Virus record (IMG/VR): IMGVR_UViG_3300025318_000038
Location: 1-26,910 of that record
From: a virus
Lineage: Duplodnaviria > Caudoviricetes
Reading direction: 5' to 3' (one strand)
DNA length: 26,910 nucleotides
Shown here piece by piece: positions 1-8,770 of this stretch. Position 1 is the first letter of the stretch. Each line of letters opens with the position of its first letter. The translations under genes were made by a program, and so were the position numbers. Below the pieces are notes generated by a model. That model was given only the letters and a program-made list of their open reading frames with translations. It had not been told where the DNA came from and searched no databases.

Positions 1-1244
1 ATTTCTAAAGAGTCCAATACATCCAACTTATCAGCCTCTGGGTAATCTTGCATTTCGTCCCAAAGCTCGTTATCACCTTTAAATAATATTTGGCCGGTGT
101 TAATAAAAGGCTCCATGCTTTCGATCCGTTCCTCCTTTTTCTTGCTTTGGTTTATCCCGACAAAAGGTATATATTTACCTTCTTGTTTGCTTTTTTCTTC
201 AATTACCTTGAGAAAATACTTTTGGAATTGAACCGCCTCTACTCCAAACCTTTCAAATTTATACGGAAGGTTAAATATTGTCCTGATCGTTTCGTCCGGT
301 GCTATTACTTCGCCTTGACTCCAAACCTCATACGCTTGACCTTTGACGTTTACCCCGATAACCGTAATGCCAACCAAAGAACCTTTGGCACTTTCACCCA
401 AAGCTAAATCAACACTTCCGTAATATTTAAGCTCATCCGGCAAGAATTCATATTTCTGAGGTTTGAAATAAGTAAACTCGTTAGCCTCTGGAAAACTGAC
501 TAAATAATATCTTTTCCAGTCTTTGCTTGTAGTTTGGCTTTTCTTTTCCTCTAAATACTTCTCGGTAAACCTACCCTCTGCTATTGCCTGCTCAAGTGGT
601 ATTCTTACTTTGTAATATAAAGGATCATTAAAAGCGGTTTCAAACACGCTATTTTCTATACAATTCCCACTCATTATCAGCTTGCCCCAGCCCTTATCTT
701 CTTCTGGCATTCTGACTACTTTGGAGAATTGGTCTTTTTGTTTAATAAGACCCGCTTCTTCCAAAACAACCACATCTCCACCCTCCCCAACAACACTTTC
801 GCCTTCTTTAGATATTTGCCTAGCGTCTATACTGGTAATATATATCCAGCCACCATCATACCAACGTAAGCCATTTTTACTAACCGATACTTTTAACTGT
901 TCGATTTTTGATATATCGGCATTTATTAAACCTTGATAAAACAAAGGATGATCGGCAATATGGGCCACTACATAGTCCATTATTTTTCTTGCCTTTTCCT
1001 CACTACCACCAACAATAGGTATTTTTAACTTCTTGACAGCAGCAAGGTAAAGCAGAGCCATAGCAAGAATATCGCTTTTGCCATATCTAGTTGGGGCTGA
1101 TTGCCATAACCATTTGTAGTTTCGATTGATTATCGCCAAAAATATTTCGGCTTGCCCATCTGTTAATTCAAACGGCTCGCCTTTGTAGGTTTTGAAAAGA
1201 CCTCTAACCAGTATCTTTATCTTCTGGCGTTTCTGTAAGCTCAT
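1..1244 (-). CDS. terL: Terminase large subunit (3' end runs off the window; not in the ORF track)
   Basis: Manual translation from ATG at 1244 is open to base 1: MSLQKRQKIKILVRGLFKTYKGEPFELTDGQAEIF. Walker A SAPTRYGKS, Walker B VVVLEEAG, coupling motif MSGN, nuclease motifs GSVDLALG and DYPEADKLDVLDSLE. Overlaps the 3' end of TerS. Confidence 0.93.
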   Translation of the reverse strand, partial: MSLQKRQKIKILVRGLFKTYKGEPFELTDGQAEIFLAIINRNYKWLWQSAPTRYGKSDILAMALLYLAAVKKLKIPIVGGSEEKARKIMDYVVAHIADHPLFYQGLINADISKIEQLKVSVSKNGLRWYDGGWIYITSIDARQISKEGESVVGEGGDVVVLEEAGLIKQKDQFSKVVRMPEEDKGWGKLIMSGNCIENSVFETAFNDPLYYKVRIPLEQAIAEGRFTEKYLEEKKSQTTSKDWKRYYLVSFPEANEFTYFKPQKYEFLPDELKYYGSVDLALGESAKGSLVGITVIGVNVKGQAYEVWSQGEVIAPDETIRTIFNLPYKFERFGVEAVQFQKYFLKVIEEKSKQEGKYIPFVGINQSKKKEERIESMEPFINTGQILFKGDNELWDEMQDYPEADKLDVLDSLE

Positions 1245-1569
1245 CTATTATAGTTTCCAGCTTTTTCACGTTTAATTCCCCCTCGTGTTTTAAAGTTTGA
1301 GTTGCTTTACCTTCTATCCTATCAAACACTTCTCGCATAGCATGAATATCGCCTTTGTAGGCCATTAAACCTAACTTTTTAGCTAAATCTACAAAGCGGG
1401 GGTTTCCAGTCTGAGGATCAATTTCTTCTAAGAACTGAAGCAACGCCCCTGTAAGTATCTTTGTCTTTGGTCTACCACCATAGTTTATATTTTCAGGGTG
1501 TTCTTTGAAACCACCCTTACCTTCTGGGTTTGGTGGGCTACTTGTTTTTTCTTGTTCTGTAGTTTCCAT
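1204..1569 (-). CDS. terS: Terminase small subunit (DUF5681-like N-terminus)
   Basis: NPEGKGGFKEHPENINYGGRPK and AMREVFDRIEGKATQ motifs typical of small terminases; lies directly upstream of terL. Confidence 0.82.
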   Translation of the reverse strand: METTEQEKTSSPPNPEGKGGFKEHPENINYGGRPKTKILTGALLQFLEEIDPQTGNPRFVDLAKKLGLMAYKGDIHAMREVFDRIEGKATQTLKHEGELNVKKLETIIDELTETPEDKDTG

Positions 1570-1573
1570 AGGT

Positions 1574-2815
1574 TTATTTTATCACAGGGGTATTTTCTAC
1601 CCACCCCTCCTCGTTACCATTGTTTATAAACTTGTAATAGCGTTTTCTAATAACATCACAATACTTAGGGTCTAGCTCCATCATATAGCAAGTTCTGTTA
1701 GTTTGCTCGGCGGCTATTAGGGTAGAACCAGAACCTCCAAAGGTATCCAATACTAAGCCCTTGTCTGGACTAGAGTTGCGGATTGCCCTCGCACACAGCT
1801 CTTGGGGTTTCATTGTTGGGTGCTCTTTGTTCTTCATCGGCTTATCGAACTCCCAAATGTCTCCTTGAACCACCCCATCCATTTTAAACCACTTATCGCC
1901 CCATTCGTCTTCTTTTACCTCCTCTTTGACTACATCACCGAGATTACGAATACCCGACCAGAAATGGCTTGACCCGTCGAACCAACCATAAAGAATAGGC
2001 TCATACTGTCTCTGGTAGTTGCTCCTTCCTAAAGTAAATCTATCCTTGACCCAGATAATAAAAGTAGACCAATGCCCGTCACAATCGGTAAACGCTTTCT
2101 GCAAGGTGTGTAACTCTGAAGAACTCATACAAATGTACAAATCTCCTTTAACGAATGGCCGCAAGGCAGAGAGAGAGTCGTAAAGGAATTGATAAAAGGC
2201 TTGTTTATTGGCGAATTTGTCATTCTTTATCTTCAACCCCGTTCCACCCTCATAGTCCACATTATAAGGTGGGTCAGTAAAAACCATATCCGCCTTCTTT
2301 CCATCCATCAGCTTTTCTACATCTTCAATCTTGGTAGCATCTCCTGTCATTAGTCTGTGCCTTCCTAGTTGATACACTTCGCCTAGCTTTGATATAGCAG
2401 GCTCATCTGATACTTCGGGTGCTTCATCTTCCTCTACCTCTCCGCTATCCCAACCGCTTGTATCTATACCCCACTCATCTAATGGTAAGTCTGACCATTC
2501 GTTAGCCAAGACATCGTAGTCCCATTCCCCATCTGATATATTATCTGTAATAACAAACTGTCTTTTCTGCTCCTCTGTCCATCCTGTTACATCGGCAAAG
2601 TAGCTTTCCTTTACTTCAAAACCTTCTTTTACCAAGTCTTTTAACACCTGAAGCCTTTGATTACCTCCCAAAACAATTTCTCTATCATAGACAATAGGTC
2701 TTTTTTCTAGCATTTCTGGAAAGGCTTTTATCTTGTTTTTAAGGCATTCAAACTCCTCTTTCTTTATTGTTCTTGGATTTGAAGGATTGGTTTTTAATTT
2801 TTGTAGTAATTCCAT
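1574..2815 (-). CDS. ParB-like N-terminal domain fused to N6-adenine/N4-cytosine DNA methyltransferase (beta class)
   Basis: NPSNPR, LGGNQR and ITDN ParB-like motifs; DPPY catalytic motif precedes HPTMKP and the SAM motif DTFGGSGSTLIA; usual position upstream of TerS. Confidence 0.9.
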   Translation of the reverse strand: MELLQKLKTNPSNPRTIKKEEFECLKNKIKAFPEMLEKRPIVYDREIVLGGNQRLQVLKDLVKEGFEVKESYFADVTGWTEEQKRQFVITDNISDGEWDYDVLANEWSDLPLDEWGIDTSGWDSGEVEEDEAPEVSDEPAISKLGEVYQLGRHRLMTGDATKIEDVEKLMDGKKADMVFTDPPYNVDYEGGTGLKIKNDKFANKQAFYQFLYDSLSALRPFVKGDLYICMSSSELHTLQKAFTDCDGHWSTFIIWVKDRFTLGRSNYQRQYEPILYGWFDGSSHFWSGIRNLGDVVKEEVKEDEWGDKWFKMDGVVQGDIWEFDKPMKNKEHPTMKPQELCARAIRNSSPDKGLVLDTFGGSGSTLIAAEQTNRTCYMMELDPKYCDVIRKRYYKFINNGNEEGWVENTPVIK

Positions 2816-2825
2816 ATATTTAAAG

Positions 2826-2925
2826 TGGCAGAGAGGGAGGATGACGAGTTTGCCAGACCTTCCCTCTCCTAATCAGTTCGGACTCGCCTGCTGGTGGCGG
2901 GTGCGTGGCTATCCGAACGTGATCT
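2826..2925. other. Two tandem intergenic stem-loops upstream of the ParB-MTase gene
   Basis: Inverted repeats AGAGAGGGAGG (2830-2840)/CCTTCCCTCTCC (2858-2869) and ATCAGTTCGGA (2872-2882)/TCCGAACGTGAT (2912-2923), the latter with an inner CTCGCC/GGCGGG stem. Confidence 0.55.
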
Positions 2926-2929
2926 CTCC

Positions 2930-3127
2930 CTACTCTGTCCGCACTATCTCCTCTACTCTTAGGTGGAAAGTTGGATTAAGGCCATTCCTGATAATTCGTT
3001 GTAAAGCTGGCTCAACCATTGGAAGGTCAACTCTGCGAACCACAAGAGTAAGACAAATACCCCAACCATCACCATAATCCCGCCAAAGGGTAAGATGGAG
3101 TATATCATCAGGCTTTTGGGGATTCAT
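2930..3127 (-). CDS. Hypothetical protein (65 aa, MNPQKPDD...)
   Basis: ATG at 3127 preceded by GGAGG; overlaps the upstream ORF; start moved from the track call. Confidence 0.55.
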   Translation of the reverse strand: MNPQKPDDILHLTLWRDYGDGWGICLTLVVRRVDLPMVEPALQRIIRNGLNPTFHLRVEEIVRTE

Positions 3128-3302
3128 CCGCTTCCTCCGAAGTTCCCACGACGGCGGAGTGAATCTTGACCCCATTTAGCCAAATGTCATAGTTGTAGTC
3201 CTCACCAATAGCAAGTAGCATTTCTTCAACAATTTTGATACTTGGCCCATTACCTACCCAAATTTCATTTGGAGTAGGTCTTGTTTGAACTGAATCATCC
3301 AT
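3108..3302 (-). CDS. Hypothetical acidic protein (64 aa, MDDSVQTR...)
   Basis: ATG at 3302 preceded by strong SD AAGGAGGAGG. Confidence 0.6.
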   Translation of the reverse strand: MDDSVQTRPTPNEIWVGNGPSIKIVEEMLLAIGEDYNYDIWLNGVKIHSAVVGTSEEADESPKA

Positions 3303-3346
3303 GACCTCCTCCTTGAGATTGTTTGTCCTTCCGCAGCGTTCCCCAG

Positions 3347-3355
3347 ATTGTATCA
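3347..3355 (-). promoter_or_regulatory. Possible extended -10 promoter (TGATACAAT)
   Basis: TGn-TACAAT on the minus strand, about 45 nt upstream of ATG 3302; weak -35. Confidence 0.35.
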
Positions 3356-3446
3356 AGATATTGTGATAGGCTTAAAGCAACCTGCTTTTTACCAATTATA
3401 ATGAGATCCAGGGAACGGTGCCGATTGACAAAGTAATCTCTCTCTA

Positions 3447-3505
3447 AGCTGGGCCAAAGAATGGAATCTCTTTCAGGTTGTATTTATTTAGAGGTTGACC
3501 CAGCT
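3447..3505 (-). other. Intergenic 11-bp stem with a long loop
   Basis: Minus strand AGCTGGGTCAA...TTGGCCCAGCT pairs fully with one G-U. Confidence 0.45.
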
Positions 3506-3515
3506 ATAAGAAAAA

Positions 3516-3674
3516 TTACCAAGCAAACAGGTGTTTTTTTATGCAATTATTACAGAGCCAAAAATTTCTAACTATAGTTTCATAATCTTCTCCAAACTCC
3601 TGATAATTACTTCCCTCGTTTTCCTTCTCCTTTTCTTTTCCGCAATCGTCACACTTGCTATTCTTTAATTGCAT
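3516..3674 (-). CDS. Small CxxC...CxxC zinc-finger protein (52 aa; not in track)
   Basis: MQLKNSKCDDCGKEKEKENEGSNYQEFGEDYETIVRNFWLCNNCIKKHLFAW; overlaps the upstream stop. Confidence 0.6.
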   Translation of the reverse strand: MQLKNSKCDDCGKEKEKENEGSNYQEFGEDYETIVRNFWLCNNCIKKHLFAW

Positions 3675-3843
3675 TTATTACTATCAGACTTATTAACAAT
3701 ATTAAAATCAAGGCTGCCCACTTTAAACCAAAAAATATATAGATTGGTACTATTACCAATAAACACAAAAACGAAACAATCAAAAATGTTATTATTTTTA
3801 TATAAAGTACGATTCTATCTTCCTCAGACTTTTTGTTTCTCAT
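3658..3843 (-). CDS. Small membrane protein (2 TM)
   Basis: Two long hydrophobic stretches; overlaps neighbouring genes. Confidence 0.65.
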   Translation of the reverse strand: MRNKKSEEDRIVLYIKIITFLIVSFLCLLVIVPIYIFFGLKWAALILILLISLIVINAIKE

Positions 3844-4108
3844 TACCTTTAATTGGTAATACCGTTACTATACTCTTTCTAATCTTATCGTAAACGACCC
3901 GCAAAAATATTTTTCCGTAAGGTACTTGAAATACCCCCTTTGAGTTGCTTGTCCTATCAATAAAATATTTATACCCCCCCTTCTGTATTTTCTTAATTAT
4001 CTCACTTCTGGCAAACTTGTTCAAAGAAATACCGTAACGTTCCAATGCCCGCCTCCTTGCGTGAACACTATTTGAGGCTTTTTTTGTCATTGGTTTTCTT
4101 CTCGCCAT
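3824..4108 (-). CDS. Basic protein, DUF4258/RelE-like (BECR-type) candidate
   Basis: SVHARRRALERYGI N-terminal motif and RVVYDK...IVTVLP C-terminal motif. Confidence 0.55.
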   Translation of the reverse strand: MARRKPMTKKASNSVHARRRALERYGISLNKFARSEIIKKIQKGGYKYFIDRTSNSKGVFQVPYGKIFLRVVYDKIRKSIVTVLPIKGNEKQKV

Positions 4109-4400
4109 AATCTTTTACTTCCTTTTTCATACCGGCAACTATATTTTTTAACAAGCTGTTGCTGCTTTTTGGGTTGGTCACCAAATGAACTTCTTTTGAC
4201 AAAACCCCAACTAACTGTACCCTTCCGTGAACTTTGACCATCAAACCAGTATCATCTTGTTTTGAAACCTCTCCCTTTACTACTTCCCCTGCTGGTATTT
4301 TATCACTTAGATATATATTGATACCATAAATAGTACCCCAATAAGTTTTACTGTTAAATAGATCGCTACTTTTTAGTTTTGCTAACCCGTTTTCTTTCAT
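4068..4400 (-). CDS. Hypothetical protein
   Basis: 110-aa ORF overlapping its neighbours in the minus-strand operon. Confidence 0.6.
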   Translation of the reverse strand: MKENGLAKLKSSDLFNSKTYWGTIYGINIYLSDKIPAGEVVKGEVSKQDDTGLMVKVHGRVQLVGVLSKEVHLVTNPKSSNSLLKNIVAGMKKEVKDYGEKKTNDKKSLK

Positions 4401-4542
4401 TTAAAGGCACTATTTTTATTTCCGATTGTTTGCTTCTTTTGTTAAATTCTTTAACTCTAAAAGCCACACGACCGGCAGCTAAATAAAGTTTCCTTTTAGT
4501 GTGGTTTCTTGGCCTGTGTTTGCCTATGCAAGAACAAAACAT
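4366..4542 (-). CDS. Small basic hypothetical protein (58 aa; not in track)
   Basis: MFCSCIGKHRPRNHTKRKLY...; ATG 1 nt after the GT2 stop and fills the gap. Confidence 0.5.
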   Translation of the reverse strand: MFCSCIGKHRPRNHTKRKLYLAAGRVAFRVKEFNKRSKQSEIKIVPLNERKRVSKTKK

Positions 4543-4543
4543 A

Positions 4544-5359
4544 TCAATTTCGATAAGGTTGTAATTTCCAATTCCCTTGCTTGTCCTTGTGCCACTCGAT
4601 ACTTTTTATATTATCGTCAACTAAAATATCGGCTTTTCTGGTCATGTGTATAACTCTCAAACCCCAATCAACCTTAGCCTCATAACCTAACTTACAAACA
4701 TCCATTACAAAACAAACATCTGGCCCAAAACACTCCGCCTCATATCGGTACTTTATATTTTTATATAGATAGGCAGTAGTTAGATAACAATAAAACCCCC
4801 CACCGGTAATCGGTTCGATAAGATCGCTTATAAATCTAGGTGGCAACAATGTTTTCTGGGTTGTTGGATCATGAATGTTGTTTGTTACCCAAGCCCCCAC
4901 CATTTTTATTCCATGCCTACCTGCCTCGACCCCCTCGACAAAGCCAATATCTTCGTCACCATCAATAGTCTCTCTAAGTTTTTGAAATGTGTTCGGCGGT
5001 ACCAATGTATCATCCTCAAGTCCAAAAACATATTCACCGGAAATCATCAATTTGCTTTTTTCTTTCATACCTACAATTCTGTTTCTCTGTACCGATATAT
5101 TTGTTTCTAAAGGTGCGGGGTTGCCGCTAACAAAAAGTTTGCAACCATTAAACTCCTCTGCCTTTTCTTCCAGATATTCTCTGAGCCTTTTTATTAAAAC
5201 TTCATTATCACTATCAACAAAAAAGTCCAGTTCCGTTTCTTCTCTAGGTATAATTATACTACTTAAAGATGGTAAAAATCTATCCAAAGACCAATCTCTA
5301 GTGAAGGGAACAAACACGCTTATAAGCGGTCTTTCTGGGGCCTTTATGATTTCAAGCAT
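4544..5359 (-). CDS. Glycosyltransferase, GT-A fold (GT2-like)
   Basis: ISVFVPF first strand, FFVDSD, DXD-like GLEDD, GGGFYCYL, GPDVCF, late His (RVIHM). Confidence 0.8.
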   Translation of the reverse strand: MLEIIKAPERPLISVFVPFTRDWSLDRFLPSLSSIIIPREETELDFFVDSDNEVLIKRLREYLEEKAEEFNGCKLFVSGNPAPLETNISVQRNRIVGMKEKSKLMISGEYVFGLEDDTLVPPNTFQKLRETIDGDEDIGFVEGVEAGRHGIKMVGAWVTNNIHDPTTQKTLLPPRFISDLIEPITGGGFYCYLTTAYLYKNIKYRYEAECFGPDVCFVMDVCKLGYEAKVDWGLRVIHMTRKADILVDDNIKSIEWHKDKQGNWKLQPYRN

Positions 5360-6393
5360 AGGTCTTCAAACTCCTTTAAATACAAAGGGATTTGGTTTTC
5401 CCAACTTATTTTATCGGCCAGTTCATTTGAATAATCACTAAGTTCTTGAACTAAACTTGGTGTTTGGGCCAAAAGTTCTATCCTGTCCGCCAAGTCATGA
5501 GGACTACATTGGTAGCTTTCCATCTTCATTCTGGTAAATATTGTTTTTACTGAGTTATATTTTATTAGTGATGCTGATTTTAAATACTGGTTTTGAGGAG
5601 TAATATCAGTCATTAAAGGTATCATACCGCAGCTTAATGCCTCATTCAACTGCAAACTAAGGCCGCCATATTTTCTCGGCAAAAGTAAAACGTCTTCGTC
5701 TTGATAAAGACTCCAATAATTATCCACGTCGCTATTTATTACCTTGACGTTATACTGACCCAATTCCGGTAACGGATGCTGACTGTAAATAATAAACTCC
5801 AAGTCTTTATTTTTAACCAACTTTATTGCTTCAAATACCGTTTGGGTTCCGTTTCTATCATCAAAGGTTTTATAGCCAGCTATATGCAGGAACTTCTTAG
5901 CTTGGGTTCTTTTCTTAAACGGAAGTAATTTTCTGTTGACTGGTGCAGTTAGATACTTTACTAAGGTTTTATCGCCAAACTTTTGCCTTACCTCGTCAAT
6001 TTTCCAAGTTGTCGGTGCGGCCAACATATCTGGGTAAACCCAATCTGGCCTCAGGAAATAATCAAGGAACTCATAATTATATTGGTTTACTGTCTTGATA
6101 TCCCTTTCCCTAGCCATGCTGTAAAGTTGATAGCCATAGGGAGATTCAACTGTAAAAACCACATCCAAATCTTTAAGAAAACTGTCAAAGTCTGAATCGG
6201 TTGGGAAACCGTAAACAAACACTGCCTTTTCTGGATAGCGATCTGGATAATTTTTAGTAACCTTACCCATGTGCTGATTTACCCCTGTCATATCTATTAC
6301 CAAAGTTTTATCCGGCTTCATATTCTTATAAAATTCGTGGGTTTGTACCCCCACGCCAGTATTATCCATCCTAGCCAAAAGGCCGATTCTCAT
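5344..6393 (-). CDS. Glycosyltransferase, GT-B fold (GT4-like)
   Basis: N-terminal MRIGLLARMDNTGVG; DVLLLPRKYGGLSLQLNEALSCGMIPLMTD matches the GT4 donor-binding signature; C-terminal SWE. Confidence 0.85.
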   Translation of the reverse strand: MRIGLLARMDNTGVGVQTHEFYKNMKPDKTLVIDMTGVNQHMGKVTKNYPDRYPEKAVFVYGFPTDSDFDSFLKDLDVVFTVESPYGYQLYSMARERDIKTVNQYNYEFLDYFLRPDWVYPDMLAAPTTWKIDEVRQKFGDKTLVKYLTAPVNRKLLPFKKRTQAKKFLHIAGYKTFDDRNGTQTVFEAIKLVKNKDLEFIIYSQHPLPELGQYNVKVINSDVDNYWSLYQDEDVLLLPRKYGGLSLQLNEALSCGMIPLMTDITPQNQYLKSASLIKYNSVKTIFTRMKMESYQCSPHDLADRIELLAQTPSLVQELSDYSNELADKISWENQIPLYLKEFEDLCLKS

Positions 6394-8081
6394 ATCATTT
6401 TCCCTTTCACAAACATTTTATACTTAGGCTCTGCCCCCCTGCCGTCCGTGTGGTAGCTTCTTTTCATGTCCCCTTCGGGTGCGTAAATCCAAACCTTCCA
6501 GTTATTCCAACCAGCCTTACCCAAGATTTTATAGCTTTCCATCAAAGGACTGTGGACAATGTCTTCAATCATTGTCTTGTCGCCAGCTTCAAAATACTTG
6601 TCAATCATTTGCCTATAAAACTCAGTTGAGGCAACATGGGGCCTTTGTGACCACTGCGAGGTTCTTACTAAAGGTATTCCGTGTATTGTTATTGGTTGTT
6701 TATCAAGCATCATATGTTTATGGACATCTAAAATAAGGGCTTCATGGTGAAGCCTTATCATGTTGGCCTCACCACTCCTAACTGTTTCTATTAAATTCTT
6801 AAACGGTATTTCTTGACAAAGCGGTGCATCATGTTCGACAAACATAATAGTCGGAGTTCTGGCAAGTTTAAGGGCCTCTCTAGTCATGGCTGCTTGGTGT
6901 TTATGCTCTTCAAAAAAAAGCGGGACTACATTATGCCAAACAAAGTTAGTCCCCCAAAGTAATCTCCTAACATACTCATCATACTGACTTTTGAATTTCT
7001 TTTGTTCGTCCCTAACCCCATCAATCATCAATATTATCTCGCTATTTGGCAGTCGTTCCCTTATTGTGCTGATAGTTTCTTCAATCATAGAAGTGTCGGG
7101 ATGGTTTATTATCGGGCTGGTAGGTATTAAAACAGTAATTAAATCCTTTAAATCATCTGTTATCGATTCTGTTTCCGCCAGATAATTTATATCGTCTGTT
7201 ATTTGGTAGGCTAACTCTCGTTTTTTAAGCTGCCACCAAGCAAATATTTTATTGTTTATCGCAGGATAGCGATCAATCATGTTTACCATAACTCCTTTTA
7301 ACTTCCGCCAATCGGTTATTACGGGAAAGGGAATGTCATCTCCGAATAGCTTTCGCCAGTAATTTGTCCTCTTATCGTCCTTCCTTGTTTTATCGTCAGC
7401 TATTGGTACACACCCCGACTCTAAAGCCTCATAAAACCTAAAGGTATCTGGTGTCTCCGGCCCCGAAGGACAAGGTGCAACCTTAGCCGAAGCCATATAA
7501 TTGTAATATTCTTGGTGGGGCAAACCTTCGGTAAACTTTTCTGTCTCTACCAAATGACCGGTATATTTTTTATCCTTTTTTATACTAACTAAAGCCTTCT
7601 TACATTGCTGTCGCCTCGTGTGGGTTATCTGACCAGCAAAAAACCAATCAATACTCTTGTTAACCAACCCTGCTACTTTAATCAATTCTGGGGCATCTGG
7701 TGGCCACCCGTCACCCAAAAACCCATCTACCGACTTGTGCCTGTCAAAGTTTGGAGTCATAACATAGGTTTTTATTCTTGGGTGGTTTATCTTTTCAACA
7801 GGAAATGTGGCTTCCTCATCACCGGCAAGTATCAAAATACACCACCTAAGTTTAGCCAAGTCTGAATTGATCTGGTCTATATCTTTAGCGTGATAACGAG
7901 CAGGTATAACTACAATGCCGTAGTCAAAAACACTATCAAAATCGTCATGGTGTTCAAACTCGTAATCGCCTACAGGGTTCCAAATCTCTTTACTGAAAAT
8001 ATGCTCAATAATCCCCATGTCCCAATAACCACGGTTGGGTGTTTCCTGGTGGTAACTTTTCCAAAAGACAGGCACTATCAT
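6390..8081 (-). CDS. Bifunctional glycosyltransferase: exostosin/GT47-like N-domain plus GT-A C-domain
   Basis: WFFAGQ and APCPSGPETPDTFRFYEALESGCVP (exostosin-like); second half LITVLIPTSP, MIDG, FVEHD, SYHTDGR (GT-A). Confidence 0.8.
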   Translation of the reverse strand: MIVPVFWKSYHQETPNRGYWDMGIIEHIFSKEIWNPVGDYEFEHHDDFDSVFDYGIVVIPARYHAKDIDQINSDLAKLRWCILILAGDEEATFPVEKINHPRIKTYVMTPNFDRHKSVDGFLGDGWPPDAPELIKVAGLVNKSIDWFFAGQITHTRRQQCKKALVSIKKDKKYTGHLVETEKFTEGLPHQEYYNYMASAKVAPCPSGPETPDTFRFYEALESGCVPIADDKTRKDDKRTNYWRKLFGDDIPFPVITDWRKLKGVMVNMIDRYPAINNKIFAWWQLKKRELAYQITDDINYLAETESITDDLKDLITVLIPTSPIINHPDTSMIEETISTIRERLPNSEIILMIDGVRDEQKKFKSQYDEYVRRLLWGTNFVWHNVVPLFFEEHKHQAAMTREALKLARTPTIMFVEHDAPLCQEIPFKNLIETVRSGEANMIRLHHEALILDVHKHMMLDKQPITIHGIPLVRTSQWSQRPHVASTEFYRQMIDKYFEAGDKTMIEDIVHSPLMESYKILGKAGWNNWKVWIYAPEGDMKRSYHTDGRGAEPKYKMFVKGKMI

Positions 8082-8770
8082 AATTTAAAAAGAATATTTG
8101 CTTGATTAAAATTCATTTCCCCATCAAACCTTCTACCGTTTTTAAAAGCCTTATAACCGTATTCCATCAGTCTTTTATAAATATCTGGATAACTGTTATT
8201 AAAGACAGGACTAAATTCAATAAATAAATTCCTGACTCTTTTTTCTTTCAACCAGTCTTGATATAAGTTGATTGCATAGACCTCGTTGCCTTCAATGTCT
8301 ATTTTTATTAACTCTATAATAGTTTTGGCAGTTTTTAATTTTTCGATTTCACCATCAATCCAAATTGTGAATGTGCTTATTTTATCGACAACCGAATTTA
8401 AAATCGCATTGGCCTTTAAAGTCTTTATGTTTTCTTTATCGCCATCTATAGCTTTGACTTGATAGCCCATTTTTCCTGCCAATATTGAATACCAACCTAT
8501 ATGGCAACCAATATCAATAAGCAAATTATTTCGATTGCCATTCTCTAAAATACCTTTGACTATTTCGGTCTCCGGTTTCTCCCAAGCACCCTCATTTATT
8601 AAAGTCCTAGATACATCATCTTTACCAGTACAATAACCAGCAATATCTTTATATTTCTCGTAATCATAAACAAACATTGGCCCGACCCCAGTTTCGACTT
8701 TTAAAGTATCGTGTTTTTTATGCCCAGCTTGGCAAACGTTTCCTATCATAATTTTTTTGCTGTTACCCAA
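8078..8770 (-). CDS. FkbM-family SAM methyltransferase
   Basis: GAWEKPET, LIDIGCHIGWYS, IKIDIEGNE, FIEFSP. Confidence 0.88.
   Translation of the reverse strand: MGNSKKIMIGNVCQAGHKKHDTLKVETGVGPMFVYDYEKYKDIAGYCTGKDDVSRTLINEGAWEKPETEIVKGILENGNRNNLLIDIGCHIGWYSILAGKMGYQVKAIDGDKENIKTLKANAILNSVVDKISTFTIWIDGEIEKLKTAKTIIELIKIDIEGNEVYAINLYQDWLKEKRVRNLFIEFSPVFNNSYPDIYKRLMEYGYKAFKNGRRFDGEMNFNQANILFKL

Noticed and set aside
90-936. Plus-strand ORFs 90-407 and 682-936
   Set aside because: Antisense shadows of the terL reading frame, which the track missed because it is open at the edge.
3425-3450. Plus-strand TTGACA...TAAGCT promoter
   Set aside because: Spacer is only 14 nt and no plus-strand gene follows.
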